From Octopus vulgaris (taxonomy: Eukaryota), in contig OX597822.1 in the NCBI GenBank assembly GCA_951406725.2, positions 27,528,001 to 27,592,000 of the forward strand: 64,000 nt of DNA, read 5' to 3'. The stretch's first letter is position 1. Each line of letters opens with the position of its first letter. Of the stretch, positions 60,481 through 64,000 are shown piece after piece. The notes under the pieces were generated by a model. It saw only the letters and a program-made list of their open reading frames with translations. It ran no database searches and was not told where the DNA came from. The translations under genes were made by a program, and so were the position numbers.

Positions 60481-60977
60481 TGAATATGGTGCTTCAAAGT
60501 AGTCGTCACCTATCCACCGTTTTCTTTGGGTTTTGTTTTTCTTTTGAGAAGAGACATTAAGAGAGAGGTCTGGCTATTTAGTGTTAACTTGTTGACAGAA
60601 CACCGTCTCTAGACTTTTGCTAGTGCGTCTTTCGTATTGTGATCACCTAAAAACTCACAGATTGAAATTCATCTCTATTTCTTTTCATAATTCCATTACG
60701 GAGCATATCTGGTTTCTCTCTCTGCTTACACTGAAGGTTGTTGCATTTTTCTACTTATTATTACTTCACTCTTTAAGTTGTTTAAACACTATGTGTTCTA
60801 TGTTACCTTCTTCATGTGTGAAAAATTGCACATGTAAATTCCACCTTCAATTTCTGGCATCGATAAAACAAAGTACTAATCAATTACTAGAGTCGATGAA
60901 ATCGATTCAAACCCTCCCATCAAATTTAATGTCTTTTCTATCAATATCTATTAATATTTTGTTTATTACCTGAAACG

Positions 60978-61148
60978 ATGAGTTAAGCAGAATCGTGACT
61001 TCATATTGAGACTTCAAATGCCATCGAGATCGAATTTACTTTTCACTGTTTGGGGGTGAATAAAATAAGAACCATTTGAGCAATGGGGTCAATATAATCG
61101 ACTTGTATCCTCTTCCACCAAGTCTTGCATGTACCAAATTTTGAAATC
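60978..61148 (+). mobile_element. Degraded SINE family B (similar remnants near 1440-1600, 8460-8575, 30460-30610, 52617-52700)
   Basis: gcagaatcg...cgagatcgaatttacttttcac...ggggtgaataaaataagaacca...ggggtcaatataatcgact. Confidence 0.6.
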
Positions 61149-62880
61149 AATATTTTATTTATTAACTCCTTTGTCACTATCAACAACATTCCTTGATAAA
61201 CTCACCTGTTGCTTCCAACAACATCCAGTTTGAAATTATAGCATCGACAATTACAAAACTATGAATGATGTAAAAAAAGTCAGATAGAGCAATGTATGTT
61301 GCCAGTTAAACATCATAAAGCAGAGACATAGGCAATGACCTAAAATGTGCAATAGAATATTAGAACAATACAAAGAGGAATAAAAATATGCATTTTCTAA
61401 ATCAATGAAAATTCCAAACAATTGTCAATGGGTAAAGATGCAGAGAAATGTACTGGCGACTTAATAAAACATAAGAAGTATAAAAATGGACGTGAGAAGA
61501 GCATGTAAACCAAGCAAATATCAATACATGAGCAGAGTTGCATATAGAAGATACACCTGTTAGACAAACGCACATAATCGGAGACGATAAAAGACCAGGA
61601 GAAGATGGTTCATGTTATGGATGTAAAATGGCTGAGAGAGGTACAGAACAGGATCTGGAGTGAGGTCAACCGAACGTACATATGCTCCTATTTATTTCCT
61701 TTTCTAGATAAAGGGCATCAAGTGGAGTGTCTTCTCATTTATACCCGAGTTGTCTTGTATGCATATGTTAATAGAGTTGTGTGTGTTGTTAGAAACTTGT
61801 AACCCTATAGAGCTCATGCAGCGATTTTTGCTTTCACAGAATTCATCAGAAAATTTTATCATATCTGTGTAGGGATGGGAAGTGACAATTAATCAGCGTA
61901 AGAATATATTTAAACTACAGGGAGGATTATAACATGTTATTTTGTTAACCTTATACTTGACATTATTTTATGTGATTATTCTATGCATTTTAAATTAGTG
62001 TTAAAAATCGCCCTTAGCAAGATCTCGGCTGCATAGTTGTTCAGAATAGTCAACTATTTTAAAACCCGATGATAGGGTAGGTATGGTCCAATTACTGTTG
62101 TCGGTAACGTACTGCCTAGTTGTGGGCACGCGATTTAAGGTCATTTTTATGTATAATGTTTCTGTATTGTTGTACAGTAGGAGTGATGCTTGCCATTGTT
62201 TAGGACTGGTGCTGCACCTTGGAAATATATTATCTTTTGTTTTGTAATTTAAGACATCTATAAACCGAAACGTTTAAAAGAGCTAATCAATGCCTTTGTG
62301 TTTGTCCATGCCAGTTCATATTGTGGTATATAGCAAGTCTCGTACCTCTGTAAAAACCAGCATTAGAGGAATCTTGATTTACGCTTTAATAAAAATGAAA
62401 TTCCAAACATAAAATGTGTTCATGTCGTAGTAGGTTTTGAACTACAACGTATCAGAACAAGAAATTGAAGTTGTAATCCTTGTTAAGTTTTTACTTCTAC
62501 TCTCAGATTAAATATACACTCCATACCCTACCAAGAAAGTTGTTTTATTGTGTAAAATATGTTACACATAGAGTAACAAAAATGTTCGACCCACAAAAAC
62601 AAAATTTCTCCACTTACTCAAATCAAGAATTGGAGATATGTAGTAAGATATGATCTTTTCCAGATCTAATTACTCTTATTCAGAATCACCTTATCCGTAT
62701 TAAAGAAATGAAATTGCAATCTGCCATTATAGATCTACAATATCTTTCTGATAGTTAGAGTATTATTATGATCAACGTATACAAGCATAACTACATACAT
62801 ATGCAAATATATGCAAACATATATGTATATTAGATATATTTATATATATATACACAAACACAGATCACACAAACACACAC

Positions 62881-63073
62881 CTCTTCTACTCTTTTACTTG
62901 TTTCAGTCATTTCACTATGGATTTATTCTTTGTAAGCCTAGTACTTATTCTATCGGCCACTTTTGCCGAACCGCTAAGTTACAGGGTCGTAAACACACCA
63001 GCATCGGTTGTCAAGCGATGTTGGGGGACAAACACAGACACACACACATATACACATACATATATATATATAC

Positions 63074-63123
<50 letters not shown>

Positions 63124-63295
63124 GTACATATATTCGACAGGCTTCTTTCAGTTTCCGTCCAAATCCACTCACAAGGCTTTGGTCGGCTCGATGCTATAGT
63201 AGAGGACACTTGCCCAAGGTTCCACGCAATGGGACTAAACCCGGGACCACGTGTTTCGTAAGCAAGCTACTTACCACACAGCCACTCCTACGCCT
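62881..63295 (-). mobile_element. SINE family A, near full length
   Basis: Homology to other copies. Confidence 0.9.
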
Positions 63296-63309
63296 ACATC
63301 TACGTATGC

Positions 63310-63342
<33 letters not shown>

Positions 63343-63946
63343 TGTATGTATGTATGTATGTATGTATGTATGCATGTATGTATGTATGTATGTATGTATG
63401 AATGCGGGAGTACGTACGTACGTACGTACGAAAGTTCCGGATCTGTGAGTATTTTTCTAGAATCTCTGTATGCATGTGATAGTATGTGTTTATTACTGTA
63501 TGTATGTGTATCTGTGATGATAAGCAGAAAAAAAAGAAAGAAAAGAAATATAGAAACAACAGCGAAAATGAAAGAGAGAGAGAGAGAGAGGGAGAGTGCA
63601 TAATGTGAGAATGAATGTGGAAAGTACGAAATCATTTGCCTCGTGATCGTGATGTTACGCAGCCTCCGGTTTTACCAGCCTCATATTTGTTTTCTTGTTC
63701 TCTTTTTATTATCCAACTGCAGTGCAAGGTGGATTATTTCTGTTCCCCTATCTACCTGATTTTTTTTTTATGAGTGGGTGTTATGCTTTTTTCCTTCTCT
63801 CTTTCTTTCTCTCTCTTTCTTGTTTTCTCTTTCTCTCTCTCTCTCTCTCACTCACTCTCTCTATTACCAGCAAACAGCGGATGATGAAAATCGAGAGAAG
63901 TAAAACAAAAACAAATTAATAATAATAATATCAGGACAATAACAAC

Positions 63947-63977
<31 letters not shown>

Positions 63978-64000
63978 GTAATAATAATAATAATAATAAT

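Overview
Very AT-rich, microsatellite-saturated animal genomic DNA. The SINE families and the (TA)n/(TG)n/(AAT)n density look like an octopus (coleoid cephalopod) genome; this is recognition, not a database result. I see no convincing host protein-coding gene, and almost every ORF in the track is a microsatellite artefact. The window is a transposon graveyard: three tRNA-derived SINE families (about 30 copies), decayed Tc1/mariner transposases, RTE, CR1-type and R4/Dong-type LINE fragments, two non-autonomous Helitrons, and a Penelope-like element (PLE) with RT and GIY-YIG remnants. Four signals stand out. (1) Short non-coding elements sit in (TA)n arrays, carry type-I hammerhead ribozyme folds and are repeatedly folded back on themselves; one is a perfect 94-bp palindrome encoding a canonical hammerhead on both strands. 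(2) The PLE ends in a tRNA-like (Pol III A/B box) module. (3) Several locally templated 85-215 bp copies interrupt older elements. (4) A CR1-type LINE shares its 3' tail with the dominant SINE. All alignments, translations and folds were done by eye, so boundaries are approximate.
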